Part shown: piece by piece, positions 9,128 through 19,053 of the stretch | Numbering within the stretch: position 1 is the first letter of the stretch | Layout: each line of letters begins with the position of its first letter | From: a virus | Length of the DNA: 64,000 nucleotides | Strand: one strand, 5' to 3' | Virus record (IMG/VR): IMGVR_UViG_3300034283_001913 | Coordinates: 1-64,000 of that record | Notes under the pieces: model-generated | What the model saw: the letters and a program-made list of their open reading frames with translations, nothing else | Databases searched by the model: none | Told to the model about the DNA's origin: nothing | Position numbers and translations under genes: made by a program

Positions 9128-9429
9128 GCTGGCAAAAGTGTCCTATCTGTGAAGGAACAGGCGTTTATCCTGGACCAGGAACCTTTAGTAATGTTCCTAC
9201 CTGCCCTACCTGTAAGGGGAAAAGAATTATTTCTACTGTATCAGGTCAACCGCCAATAGACGGCGGAGTATACGTCTACTCTCAATCAACTCAAAAAGTA
9301 ATAGAGCCAGCTGTGTGGCCTAATCAATCATATACCAACTCAAACACCACTCATAATGTCCGTGATATTTCAACAGAAAGACCACAGTTACAAGAGCCTC
9401 GATCCGAACGAATCGACCCAGTGGATTAG
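9124..9429 (+). CDS. Small protein with DnaJ-type Zn-finger repeats
   Basis: CPICEGTG and CPTCKGK (CxxCxGxG-like). The 3' end overlaps the next gene by 74 nt. Confidence 0.55.
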   Translation: MSWQKCPICEGTGVYPGPGTFSNVPTCPTCKGKRIISTVSGQPPIDGGVYVYSQSTQKVIEPAVWPNQSYTNSNTTHNVRDISTERPQLQEPRSERIDPVD

Positions 9430-10186
9430 TGTAACATCTTTTGTAAGTCAGTTTAAGCAAAAATTTGATCCAGTATCTCAAGCTCTAAAGTCTTCTAAGA
9501 ATAAGAAGTCTAAGTGGTACGGCATGAGTGCTGATGAGATACAGCAAGCTTGGGAAAACGAAGGTAAAAGGGCTACCGATTTAGGTACCTGGTATCACGA
9601 TCAAAGAGAAAAAGATCTTATTTCTCATGAGACTATCCAGCGCTCTGGAGTACATATTCCTATTATAAAACCTATCTACGATGGACAGATAAAACTTGCT
9701 CCTGATCAGAAGCTTACAGAAGGCATCTATCCGGAGCATTTTGTTTATCTAAAGTCTGCAGGTCTTTGTGGACAATCTGATAGAGTAGAAGTAGTAAAAG
9801 ATACTGTAGATATCATAGACTACAAGACAAACAAAGAGATTAAAAAAGAGTCTTTCAAAAACTGGGAAGGTAAATCTCAAAAGATGACGGGACCTTGTTG
9901 CCATCTAGATGATTGCAACTTTAATCATTATGCTCTTCAGCTAAGTATTTATCTCTATATCATTCTTAAACATAACCCTAGATATAAACCAGGAAAACTT
10001 ACACTACATCATATAGTATTCGAAGAAGAAACTGTAGACAAGTATGGTTACCCTGTAGCTAAAAAAGACTCAGACAACAATCCTATTGTAAAAGAAGTCG
10101 TACCTTACGATGTCCCTTATCTTAAAGATGAGGTCATAAACATGATTAACTGGTTACATGACAATAGAGACAGCTTAAAGAAATGA
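9356..10186 (+). CDS. PD-(D/E)XK family nuclease
   Basis: SVT..., G..YH, E, GQSD, IIDYKT and YALQLSIY motifs. Confidence 0.85.
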   Translation: MSVIFQQKDHSYKSLDPNESTQWISVTSFVSQFKQKFDPVSQALKSSKNKKSKWYGMSADEIQQAWENEGKRATDLGTWYHDQREKDLISHETIQRSGVHIPIIKPIYDGQIKLAPDQKLTEGIYPEHFVYLKSAGLCGQSDRVEVVKDTVDIIDYKTNKEIKKESFKNWEGKSQKMTGPCCHLDDCNFNHYALQLSIYLYIILKHNPRYKPGKLTLHHIVFEEETVDKYGYPVAKKDSDNNPIVKEVVPYDVPYLKDEVINMINWLHDNRDSLKK

Positions 10187-10377
10187 GTAATGATGATTAT
10201 CAACAATACAGATTCTTCTGTGAAGAAGTAAAAGCCATGAAAGAACCTCGTATAAAAATAGATTTTAAGCTATTCCCCGGAGTGTGCTTTGGAATAACTT
10301 TTCCTATGCAGAGATATACTGACATGCACATAGTTTTTCTATGCATAGGTATTTACATAAAATGGAGAAAAAGATGA
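10183..10377 (+). CDS. Hypothetical small protein
   Basis: ATGA overlaps at both ends suggest translational coupling. Confidence 0.55.
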   Translation: MSNDDYQQYRFFCEEVKAMKEPRIKIDFKLFPGVCFGITFPMQRYTDMHIVFLCIGIYIKWRKR

Positions 10378-10886
10378 TTAAGTTATTTGATGTAGAAAAT
10401 GGTAATGTTGTTCCCACGGAGCACTGTTATGCTTTAAGTTTTCTAAAGAATATTATGGATACTCATCCAGACAATTACATGGATATTTACAAGTATCTGT
10501 TTTATATGACTTGTCCAAATCCGGATCTAAACCCTTATTTCAATGTGCCTGCTGAAGATAAAGAGGAGCTTATCCTAAAAGATATAAATGCTAGTTTCTC
10601 TACAGAGGATGAGATGATTCTTGAAGCAAGAATAAAGTGTGATAGGCTTTTTGAAACACCTACTGTAAGAGCTTATCATGGGATGGCCAGGATGATCGAT
10701 CGTTTAGCTAAGTATATGGAGAATACACCTATCTCTCATGGTCGAGATGGTAATATTAATTCCCTTGTAGCTGCGGCTAAGAATTTTGAAGGTATCCGAT
10801 TATCTTTTAAAGGTGTTTACAAAGATCTTCTTGAAGAACAGAAAAAACATAGAAGAGGCGGAGCTGATTCTGCATATGATCAATGA
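10374..10886 (+). CDS. Conserved hypothetical protein, possible terminase small subunit
   Basis: Immediately upstream of and coupled to the large terminase. Start placed at the ATGA overlap (10374). Confidence 0.5.
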   Translation: MIKLFDVENGNVVPTEHCYALSFLKNIMDTHPDNYMDIYKYLFYMTCPNPDLNPYFNVPAEDKEELILKDINASFSTEDEMILEARIKCDRLFETPTVRAYHGMARMIDRLAKYMENTPISHGRDGNINSLVAAAKNFEGIRLSFKGVYKDLLEEQKKHRRGGADSAYDQ

Positions 10887-13090
10887 GTAATCTAACTTAC
10901 ATATCTGTTCCTACTTGGGAAAACGGGAAGTGGATTGACAATACAAACTTCGAGACTAAAGAAGATTTTCGTCTTTTTGTAAGATCTTGTTTTAAAGAAC
11001 CAGGTCAGTATTGCTTTGATGAGACATCTCATTCCTTTAATGAGCAGGCCAGGTTATATAATCAGAATCGATTTTATTGCGCAGCTCCTTTCAAAAGCAA
11101 AGACTTTATAGCTTACTGGGATTTTGAGAAAGAAAAGTGTCGGTTTGGGGCAATCTTTAAAAACAATAAGGAAACCTGGTACCTACCTCGAGAGTACTAC
11201 ATGTGGTTAAACTTTCTCCCTATCAACGATAAAGAGAAAAGAAGATTTGATTTTCCGCAAGTAAGAGATGCTCAGTATCATATGGCTTTGTATGAGTTAT
11301 TAGCAGAGCTTAATTACTTACACTGCGCTATTCTTAAAAAACGTCAGATAGCTTCATCATATTACCATTCTGCAAAGCTTATAAATCAAATGTGGTTCGA
11401 AGAAACACCTATCTTAAAGATGGGCGCTTCTTTAAAAGATTATGTTAATGAGAAAGGTACTTGGAAGTTTTTAGAAGAATACCGCTCTTTTCTTAACGAG
11501 AATACTGCTTGGTATCGTCCTATGAACCCAGGTAAAGTTGGTAACTGGCAACAGCAAATTGAAGAAGTCAGCTCCACTGGTAGAAAGTACATGAAAGGTC
11601 TAAAAGGAGTGCTTTCAATGGTAACCTTTGAAAAAGATCCTACATCTGGTGTCGGTGGTCCTTGTACCTACTTCTTTCACGAAGAAGCAGGTATTGCCCC
11701 TAAGATGGATACTACTGTCGAGTTCTTGTTTCCGGCCTTGCAATCTGGTCATGTCACTACGGGAACCTTTATTGCAGCTGGATCTGTGGGTGATCTGGAT
11801 CAATGTCAGCCTTTAAAAGAAATGATCCTTCGTCCAGGAGCTAATAGTATCTATGCTGTAGAGAGTAATCTTTTAGATGATAAAAATACTACGGGTTTCA
11901 CCGGTCTTTTTATTCCTGAGCAGTGGTCGATGCCTCCATATATTGATCAATACGGAAACTCTCTTGTAGAAGATGCTGTAAACGCTATAGATCTGGAAAG
12001 ATTAAAATGGAAAAAAGATCTTTCTCCAGAGAAATATCAACTTCGTATATCGCAGCATCCAAAGAATATTGCCGAAGCTTTTGCTTACCGTAAGGTATCT
12101 AAGTTTCCTTTAGAACTCGTCGGCGCACAAAAGCGTAGGATATTAGATAAAGAGTATCCGTATGAGTTTATAGATCTTACAAAAGATGAGACAGGAAAGA
12201 TTGTTCCTAAAGAAAGTAACAAACTTCCTATATCAGAGTTCCCGATTACAAAAAATACAGAAGACAAAACAGGAGTATTAGTGGTATATGAACGCCCTGT
12301 AAAAGATCCTTCGTGGGGCATGTATTATGCTTCAATTGACCCGGTATCTGAAGGCAAGACTACTACTTCAGATTCTTTGTGTTCTATCTACGTTTATAAA
12401 AACCCTGTAGAAGTAACTCGGGTAAACGGAGACCAGTCAGAAACTTTTGTAGAACAAGATAAAATAGTTGCTGCTTGGTGCGGTAGATTTGATGATATCA
12501 ATAAAACCCACGAGAGATTAGAAATGATCATCGAGTGGTATAATGCCTGGACAATAGTAGAAAATAATATCTCTCATTTTATCCGGCATATGATAAGCAA
12601 ACGTCTCCAGCGTTATCTGGTTCCTAAAAATCAAATAGCTTTTCTTAAAGATCTTGGAGCTAACGCTAACGTTTTTCAGGACTATGGTTGGAAAAACACA
12701 GGTACTCTATTTAAGAATCACATGCTTAGCTACCTCATTGAGTACCTAAAAGAGGAGATTCACGTAGAAACTAAAGATGATGGAACCATTGTAAAGCGTA
12801 CTTATGGGATAGAGAGGATTCCGGATATCATGGCGATGATTGAAATGGAATCTTACGATGAGGATATAAACGTCGATCGTTTAGTATCTTTGGCTGCCCT
12901 GATATCCTTTGCCAAAATTCAGCAAACAAGCAGAGGATATAAGAAACGGGTAGACTACGTTAACAAAACACCCTTGCAAAAGTCAGATAATTTATATAAA
13001 TTACAGAGTAGCCCTTTTAGGCATATAGGAAAAGGGTCATCGAGCTCAGGGAGAAAACCTCCAAGAAGCCCGTTTAAAAACATTAGATAA
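10883..13090 (+). CDS. terL: Terminase large subunit
   Basis: LKKRQIASSY Walker-A-like motif, FFHEEAG Walker-B motif, ASIDP nuclease Asp and NVDRL; precedes the portal gene. Confidence 0.92.
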   Translation: MSNLTYISVPTWENGKWIDNTNFETKEDFRLFVRSCFKEPGQYCFDETSHSFNEQARLYNQNRFYCAAPFKSKDFIAYWDFEKEKCRFGAIFKNNKETWYLPREYYMWLNFLPINDKEKRRFDFPQVRDAQYHMALYELLAELNYLHCAILKKRQIASSYYHSAKLINQMWFEETPILKMGASLKDYVNEKGTWKFLEEYRSFLNENTAWYRPMNPGKVGNWQQQIEEVSSTGRKYMKGLKGVLSMVTFEKDPTSGVGGPCTYFFHEEAGIAPKMDTTVEFLFPALQSGHVTTGTFIAAGSVGDLDQCQPLKEMILRPGANSIYAVESNLLDDKNTTGFTGLFIPEQWSMPPYIDQYGNSLVEDAVNAIDLERLKWKKDLSPEKYQLRISQHPKNIAEAFAYRKVSKFPLELVGAQKRRILDKEYPYEFIDLTKDETGKIVPKESNKLPISEFPITKNTEDKTGVLVVYERPVKDPSWGMYYASIDPVSEGKTTTSDSLCSIYVYKNPVEVTRVNGDQSETFVEQDKIVAAWCGRFDDINKTHERLEMIIEWYNAWTIVENNISHFIRHMISKRLQRYLVPKNQIAFLKDLGANANVFQDYGWKNTGTLFKNHMLSYLIEYLKEEIHVETKDDGTIVKRTYGIERIPDIMAMIEMESYDEDINVDRLVSLAALISFAKIQQTSRGYKKRVDYVNKTPLQKSDNLYKLQSSPFRHIGKGSSSSGRKPPRSPFKNIR
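12973..13006 (+). promoter_or_regulatory. Possible internal promoter for the portal gene (CTTG-N20-TAAATTACAG)
   Basis: Degenerate copy with identical spacing, 90 nt upstream of the portal start. Confidence 0.4.
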
Positions 13091-13095
13091 AAGCC

Positions 13096-15864
13096 ATGAA
13101 GGTATTAAATGCGATGCAACTTAAGGCGGGGGCCAAGGCGGAATATAACCGCATGGGCTCAATAACCCAGCCTGTTCAGTTTTTACCAAGAGACGAAAAA
13201 GACCAAGAGTGGACTGCATGGAACATGGACTGGTTAGAGTGGCAAGGTCTAAAGCAGATTAGAAGAAATGCTCGCCGGCTTATGAAAAACTATAAGTTGG
13301 CTAAAGGGATCATTGATAAAACAGATTATATCGTTGAGAATGATAATGAGATGAGGGATATGGTTGAAACACTTGTTCAAGAAGACTTTAGTGCTCTTGA
13401 GCTCAAGTTTTACCCAATCATCCCGAATGTTATCAATGTTCTTACATCAGAGTTTGCAAAGCGTAATACTAAAATCACCTTTAAAGCGGTAGATGAGTAT
13501 ACTTACAATGAGAAGATGGAGCTCAAGCGTCAAGCTATTGAGAACGTTCTTCTACAAGATGCTCAGCAAAAGCTTATTACAAAGATGATTGAAATGGGCG
13601 CAGACCCTCAGGACCCTGAGATTCAACAGAGTATGCAGGAACAATTAGCTCCTGAAAATCTGAAGAGTCTGCCGGATATTCAAAACTTCTTTGACAAGAG
13701 CTATCGTAGCCTTTGTGAAGAGTGGGCTCAGCATCAGTACAAAATTGATGAAGATCGATTTAAGATGGATGAGCTTGAAGAACGTGGTTTCCGGGACAGC
13801 TTGATTACTGATCGTGAATACTGGCACTTCCGTATGGGAGAAGATGATTACGATATCGAACTGTGGAATCCGGTACTTACTTTCTACCACAAGTCTCCGG
13901 ATGTGCGTTACATTTCTCAAGGTAACTGGGTCGGAAAGATTGAGATGATGACTGTGGCAGACGTCATAGATAAATACGGCTATCTGATGACTCAAGAACA
14001 ACTTGAGTCTCTTGAAGCTATTTATCCAGTAAGATCTGCAGGTTATCCGCTCCAGGGTTACCAGAACGATGGTAGCTACTACGATGCTACTAAAACACAC
14101 GAGTGGAACACCAATATGCCAGGTCTGGCCTATCGCCAGTTTGTATCCATGTATGATAACTTCATCTACAACGGTGGAGATATTATCAACTGGATTATGG
14201 GTGAATCAGAAGACTACTTTGACATGGGCATGGCCTTTATGCTCCGTACTACAACAGCATACTGGAAATCTCAGCGCAAAGTAGGCCATCTTACAAAGAT
14301 CACAGAGTCTGGCGAAATGATTACAGATATTGTAGATGAAAGCTTTAAGGTTACCGACAAGCCTATCTATGATACTACTCTTATCAAAAACAAAAATAAA
14401 GACAATCTTATCTTCGGCGAACATGTTGAATGGATCTGGATTAACCAGGTTTGGGGAGGCGTAAAGATTGGTCCTAACCACCCATCTTTCTGGGGTATGA
14501 ATAACCCGGGCGGTGTAAACCCTATGTATCTGGGTGTTGGCCAAAACAAAATAGGACCTCTCAAGTTCCAGTTCAAAGGAGACAGTACTTTATACGGTTG
14601 CAAACTTCCTGTAGAAGGATCTGTATTTTCAGATAGAAATACACGCTCTACCGCGCTTGTAGATCTTATGAAACCGTATCAGATTGGATACAACATTGTA
14701 AACAATCAGATTGCAGATATCCTAGTGGATGAGCTGGGGACCGTGATTCTGTTGGATCAGAACGCGCTGCCTCGCCATTCACTAGGTGAAGATTGGGGTA
14801 AGAACAACTTGGCTAAGGCTTATGTAGCAATGAAGAATTTTCAGATGCTACCTCTTGATACAAGTATTACAAATACTGAGAACCCGCTTAATTTCCAGCA
14901 TTTTCAAAAGCTTGACCTTGAGCAAACTCAGCGCTTAATGTCAAGGATACAGCTTGCCAACTATTTCAAGCAACAGGCTTTTGAAACAATAGGAATCACT
15001 CCGCAACGCTTGGGTCAGCAGATTGGTCAAACCAATACAGCTACCGGTATAGAACAAGCTATCGCAGGATCCTATGCTCAGACAGAGATGTACTTTATAC
15101 AGCACTCTGATTATCTAATGCCTCGAGTTCACCAGATGAGAACGGATCTTGCTCAGCATTATCATTCTACAAAACCTTCTCTGCGTCTTCAGTACTCTAC
15201 CAGTAAAGATGAGGCTATTAATTTCCAAATCAACGGTACAGATCTTTTGCTTCGTGATCTTAACGTCTATGCTACAACCCGGGCAAATCACAGAGCCGTA
15301 GTAGAGCAAATGAAAAATCTTGCTGTATCTAATAATACAGCTGGGGCATCTATATACGATCTGGGAACTATTATCCAATCAGAGTCTCTTGCAGAACTGG
15401 ATCATGTTCTCAAGAATACCGAGAAAAAAGCTCAAAAGCAGCGTCAGGAACAGATGGCTCACGAGCAGAAGATGAAAGAGATGGAGATGCAGCAGAAGAC
15501 TCAAGAAAAGCAAATGGAGCTGGATCACAAAATGGCCGAGGCAGAAAAAGACCGTCGAAAGGATCTTCTTGTTGCAGAAATTCGAGCAGCGGGTTATGGC
15601 GCTATGCAAGACATCGATCAGAACATGCAAAGCGATTTCAGAGATACTATGGAAGAAATGCGCAAAACAGACGAGTTTCAGCAGACTATGGGCTTTAACC
15701 AAAACAAAGAAACAGCTAAGCAAATGGCTCATCAGGATAAGATGAATCTTGAAAGAGAAAAGCTTGCTGCTCAGAAGGATATGAAGCAGATGGAGATTGA
15801 AATAGCTCGCACTAATAAGAACAAGTATGATGTTCCAAAAAAGTCCGAATCTAAGAAAAAATAA
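13096..15864 (+). CDS. Portal protein
   Basis: 922 aa with YPIIPNVINVL, LVDLMKPYQ..YNIV.NQI and GITPQRLGQ motifs and a C-terminal coiled coil; crAss-like synteny. Confidence 0.9.
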   Translation: MKVLNAMQLKAGAKAEYNRMGSITQPVQFLPRDEKDQEWTAWNMDWLEWQGLKQIRRNARRLMKNYKLAKGIIDKTDYIVENDNEMRDMVETLVQEDFSALELKFYPIIPNVINVLTSEFAKRNTKITFKAVDEYTYNEKMELKRQAIENVLLQDAQQKLITKMIEMGADPQDPEIQQSMQEQLAPENLKSLPDIQNFFDKSYRSLCEEWAQHQYKIDEDRFKMDELEERGFRDSLITDREYWHFRMGEDDYDIELWNPVLTFYHKSPDVRYISQGNWVGKIEMMTVADVIDKYGYLMTQEQLESLEAIYPVRSAGYPLQGYQNDGSYYDATKTHEWNTNMPGLAYRQFVSMYDNFIYNGGDIINWIMGESEDYFDMGMAFMLRTTTAYWKSQRKVGHLTKITESGEMITDIVDESFKVTDKPIYDTTLIKNKNKDNLIFGEHVEWIWINQVWGGVKIGPNHPSFWGMNNPGGVNPMYLGVGQNKIGPLKFQFKGDSTLYGCKLPVEGSVFSDRNTRSTALVDLMKPYQIGYNIVNNQIADILVDELGTVILLDQNALPRHSLGEDWGKNNLAKAYVAMKNFQMLPLDTSITNTENPLNFQHFQKLDLEQTQRLMSRIQLANYFKQQAFETIGITPQRLGQQIGQTNTATGIEQAIAGSYAQTEMYFIQHSDYLMPRVHQMRTDLAQHYHSTKPSLRLQYSTSKDEAINFQINGTDLLLRDLNVYATTRANHRAVVEQMKNLAVSNNTAGASIYDLGTIIQSESLAELDHVLKNTEKKAQKQRQEQMAHEQKMKEMEMQQKTQEKQMELDHKMAEAEKDRRKDLLVAEIRAAGYGAMQDIDQNMQSDFRDTMEEMRKTDEFQQTMGFNQNKETAKQMAHQDKMNLEREKLAAQKDMKQMEIEIARTNKNKYDVPKKSESKKK

Positions 15865-15913
15865 CCCTTTAGCAATATACTGCGCTTAATCTTGTATAGT
15901 ACTTTAAAAAGTG

Positions 15914-15955
15914 TAAATATTAAAAGTTTAATCGCATATTTTTGCTATATTACAT
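15914..15955 (+). promoter_or_regulatory. TAAAT-N7-GTTTA palindrome followed by promoter-like TATTTTTG/TATATTAC
   Basis: Palindrome at 15914-15930, TAnnTTTG at 15937-15944 and TATATTAC at 15946-15953. Confidence 0.5.
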
Positions 15956-15956
15956 T

Positions 15957-15976
15957 GTCAGTCAAGTATAACCAAC
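15957..15976 (+). promoter_or_regulatory. Bipartite motif GTCAGTCA..AACCAAC (candidate antisense target 2)
   Basis: 8+4+7 nt complementary to 30861-30881; ends 7 nt before ATG 15984. Confidence 0.55.
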
Positions 15977-15983
15977 CAACAAT

Positions 15984-17237
15984 ATGGCAGAGAATAATGA
16001 AAGCGGTACAACTACCGTAACAACCGTAGACTTGGATATTGATAATATCCTAGGTACCCCAGGCGCTGAGAATATCATGGTTCCCAGCGACTCACAAAAG
16101 AAAGAGACTGCAAAGCCCTCAATCTTTAGTGCAAAACCTGTAGACATGTCGTTCCTTGAAAAGGATGAAGAAGATGATGAATCTGAGTCTCAACCAGCAG
16201 CCCAGGAAACAAAAGCTGCAGCTGTTACTCAGGAACAGATTCTAGAGCAGCTGGATGAGCTGAATGACTTTGAGACCGATAAAGGTACAGGTCGCCCTAA
16301 AACGGATAAGAGTGCTATGATTGAGCTTACTAAAAAGCTAATCGAAGCCGGTAAACTGATTCCGTTTGATGACGACAAGCCTATCGAAAAGTACACAGTT
16401 CAAGATTTTGAAGAGCTATTAGAAGCTAATATGCAGGAAAAAGAACGCAAGATGCGTGAAGAAGTTCCTCTAGAGTTTTTTGATAGCTTGCCTCAAGAGC
16501 TCCAGTATGCCGCCAAGTATGTTGCAGATGGAGGAAACGATCTAAAAGGTCTGTTTCGCACATTGGCTCAGGTAGAAGAAGTACGATCGCTAGATCCTCG
16601 AGATGAAAGCGACCAGGAGCAAATCGTTCGTGCTTACCTACACGCTACCCAGTTTGGAACCTCTGAGGAGATCGAAGAGGAAATTACAGCCTGGAAAGAT
16701 CGTGATGAACTAGGCTCAAAAGCTAACAAGTTCAAGCCAAAATTGGATGCGATGCAGCAACAGATTGTTGCCCGTCAACTGAACCAGCAAGAGCATATGC
16801 GTAAACAGCAGGCCGTTCAAGCTCAGATGTACATGGAGAATGTGTATAAAACACTAGACCCAGGCGACCTCAATGGAATCAAGTTAGACAAGAAGACTCA
16901 AAGCATGTTGTATGCAGGTCTTGTTCAACCTAACTACCCATCTATCTCCGGAAGACCTACCAACCTTTTGGGACATCTTTTGGAAAAGTATCAGTATGTA
17001 GAGCCTCGTCATGACCTTATCGCGGAAGCTCTGTGGCTGTTATCTGATCCAGATGGATATCGTGCAAAGGTGAAAGAGGGCGGAAAGAAAGAAGCTAATG
17101 AGAAGACAGCTAGAATGCTTAAAACAGAGCAGGCTAATAAGAACTCTTCGTACACACCAGATGACGAAGAGCGTATTACACCTCAGCAGTCTCAAAAGAA
17201 GCTTCAAAGAGCTAGTAACAATTTTTTCAAACGATAA
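15984..17237 (+). CDS. Acidic scaffold-like protein (gene preceding MCP in crAss-like phages)
   Basis: D/E-rich N-terminus and helical core; lies between portal and capsid genes. Confidence 0.7.
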   Translation: MAENNESGTTTVTTVDLDIDNILGTPGAENIMVPSDSQKKETAKPSIFSAKPVDMSFLEKDEEDDESESQPAAQETKAAAVTQEQILEQLDELNDFETDKGTGRPKTDKSAMIELTKKLIEAGKLIPFDDDKPIEKYTVQDFEELLEANMQEKERKMREEVPLEFFDSLPQELQYAAKYVADGGNDLKGLFRTLAQVEEVRSLDPRDESDQEQIVRAYLHATQFGTSEEIEEEITAWKDRDELGSKANKFKPKLDAMQQQIVARQLNQQEHMRKQQAVQAQMYMENVYKTLDPGDLNGIKLDKKTQSMLYAGLVQPNYPSISGRPTNLLGHLLEKYQYVEPRHDLIAEALWLLSDPDGYRAKVKEGGKKEANEKTARMLKTEQANKNSSYTPDDEERITPQQSQKKLQRASNNFFKR

Positions 17238-17268
17238 CAAACAACTAACAATTAACAATTAAACAGAG

Positions 17269-18894
17269 ATGAGTACTCCAGTTTTAAACAATGGTCTATT
17301 TCTCCGTGATACGAACTACCAGGCTAGTTCTCACGTAGATTCTTACCACTTAGTAAACATGCTGAAAAATGCAGAACCTATGGACTTAGGTCCAGTAGAC
17401 ATCTGGGCTATGACCCAGAAGGTTGAAATGCCTCTTTATCAGCTTTCTAGCTTTGGTGGAAAGAATATTATTATGGTTGATAATGCTCGTGGTGAGTATA
17501 AGTGGCAGACTCCTGTGTCTCAGGATCTTCCTTATATCATCGAAGACATTGAACCACAAAACACTACTAAAGGTGTTGACGGTACAACCTTCAAAATCAA
17601 AATCAACCGTCGCGAGTTTGGACATGGTGATATCATCACTTATGACAAGTACAATGGTTGTGAAATGTACATCACTGCTGATGATATCCTTCCTATGGGA
17701 GATGGTTTCATCTACACTGTGCAGTTGGTAAACAATGACAACTACAAGTATTTGGATAACAAATATCTTGCAAACGGAACTAAGATCTTCCGTAAAGGTT
17801 CGGCTCGTGGTGAATACGGTGAGCGTTTCTCCGACATCATGACTCGCTCTGGTTTCCGCGAGTTCTACAACTTCGTAGGTGGAGCTGAAGCACACGTACA
17901 CTACTCAGTATCTTCTCGCGCTGACTTGATGGCTCGTGGTGGTATGAATGCTGATGGTACAGTTCCTGTAACTGAAATCTGGCGCAACTTTGATAAGAGC
18001 ATGGACCCTGCAATCACTAAGATTGAAGACATGGTATCAAAGATGGGCAAAGATTATGTAAAGCGTGCTATGGGTAACGGTACACTTACTCGTACATTCC
18101 TTACTACGATGGAAGCAGCTCACCTTACTAAGGTTGCTACAGACATCGAGACTTACTTGATGTGGGGACATGGTGGTCGTGTTAAACAAGACGGACCAGA
18201 TGATATCCGTATGTCAGTAGGTCTTTGGAAGCAGTTGGATAACTCCTTCAAGCGTGTTTACAATAAGAGCTCTTTCAACCTTGAGTTGTTCCGTGCTGAA
18301 TTGTACAACTTCTACGCGGGTCGTGTTGAGTTCCAGGGTCCAGATCCTAAGCGTCAATTGATCGTTCAAACCGGTATGGGTGGCATGCGTCTTGTTAACG
18401 AAGCTATCAAGCGTGAAGCTGCTAACTCAGGTCTTGTAATCCAGGCTGCTCAGAATAACGGTATCGGAGCTATCTCCGGCCAGGGCATGGATCTTGGATT
18501 CGGATTTGCGTACACTAGCTACGTGATCCCATTCCTTGCTAACGTGAAGTTTGTTCTTAACCCAGCGTTTGATAACGTACATACCAACGATATTGAAAAC
18601 CCAATCATCGATGGTAACCCATTGTCATCTTATAGCTTTATCATCTTCGATATCACTGATACCGGAAACGATAACATCTTCATGCTGAAGTTATCTTGGG
18701 ATAACCAGTTGAAGTGGTGGTACCAGAACGGTACTATGGATTACATGGGCCGTACACAAGGATTTGCATCTACCGGTCAGTTTAACGGTTACCGCGTATA
18801 CATGACTCAAACAATGCCAGCAATCTGGGTGAAAGACCCAACCAAGGTATTGAAGATCGTTATGCGTAACCCAATCACCGGCGGATCATTCTAA
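17269..18894 (+). CDS. Major capsid protein
   Basis: 541 aa with codon bias typical of high expression, GLWKQL and C-terminal IWVKDPTK motifs; crAss-like position. Confidence 0.88.
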   Translation: MSTPVLNNGLFLRDTNYQASSHVDSYHLVNMLKNAEPMDLGPVDIWAMTQKVEMPLYQLSSFGGKNIIMVDNARGEYKWQTPVSQDLPYIIEDIEPQNTTKGVDGTTFKIKINRREFGHGDIITYDKYNGCEMYITADDILPMGDGFIYTVQLVNNDNYKYLDNKYLANGTKIFRKGSARGEYGERFSDIMTRSGFREFYNFVGGAEAHVHYSVSSRADLMARGGMNADGTVPVTEIWRNFDKSMDPAITKIEDMVSKMGKDYVKRAMGNGTLTRTFLTTMEAAHLTKVATDIETYLMWGHGGRVKQDGPDDIRMSVGLWKQLDNSFKRVYNKSSFNLELFRAELYNFYAGRVEFQGPDPKRQLIVQTGMGGMRLVNEAIKREAANSGLVIQAAQNNGIGAISGQGMDLGFGFAYTSYVIPFLANVKFVLNPAFDNVHTNDIENPIIDGNPLSSYSFIIFDITDTGNDNIFMLKLSWDNQLKWWYQNGTMDYMGRTQGFASTGQFNGYRVYMTQTMPAIWVKDPTKVLKIVMRNPITGGSF

Positions 18895-18906
18895 TGCTCC
18901 GCACTC

Positions 18907-19016
18907 GCACTGGCAAGGGAGTACCCGTAAGTCTCCCTTGCAATCAGTGCCTTAGCTCAGATGGTGTTTTGCCGGCAAACAGTAGAAACACGAAAGGTTC
19001 GATCCTGATCTGAGCT
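18907..19016 (+). ncRNA. Candidate structured RNA (long hairpin plus multi-stem junction with T-loop-like GGTTCGATCC)
   Basis: Pairings GCACTG/CAGTGC, GCAAGGGAG/CTCCCTTGC, AGCTCAGAT/ATCTGAGCT, GTGTTT/AAACAC and AGG-ttcgat-CCT in a GC-rich intergenic island. Confidence 0.6.
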
Positions 19017-19020
19017 CTAA

Positions 19021-19039
19021 CGTCAGTAATATAACCAAC
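19021..19039 (+). promoter_or_regulatory. Bipartite motif CGTCAGT..AACCAAC (candidate antisense target 3)
   Basis: 7+7 nt complementary to 30861-30882; ends 14 nt before ATG 19054. Confidence 0.55.
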
Positions 19040-19053
19040 CAACAATCAACAAA

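Noticed and set aside
17236-17268. AACAA-type repeats before the capsid gene as a distinct element
   Set aside because: Consistent with the ordinary A-rich, Shine-Dalgarno-free leaders of Bacteroidota, and it lacks the GTCAGT box.
10883-18894. Inteins or self-splicing introns in terminase, portal or capsid genes
   Set aside because: The ORFs are continuous and of plausible length, and I saw no intein or homing-endonuclease motifs.
18945-19020. Canonical tRNA gene
   Set aside because: It has D-arm-like and T-arm-like words, but no acceptor stem, anticodon arm or CCA end. Kept only as a structured RNA candidate.
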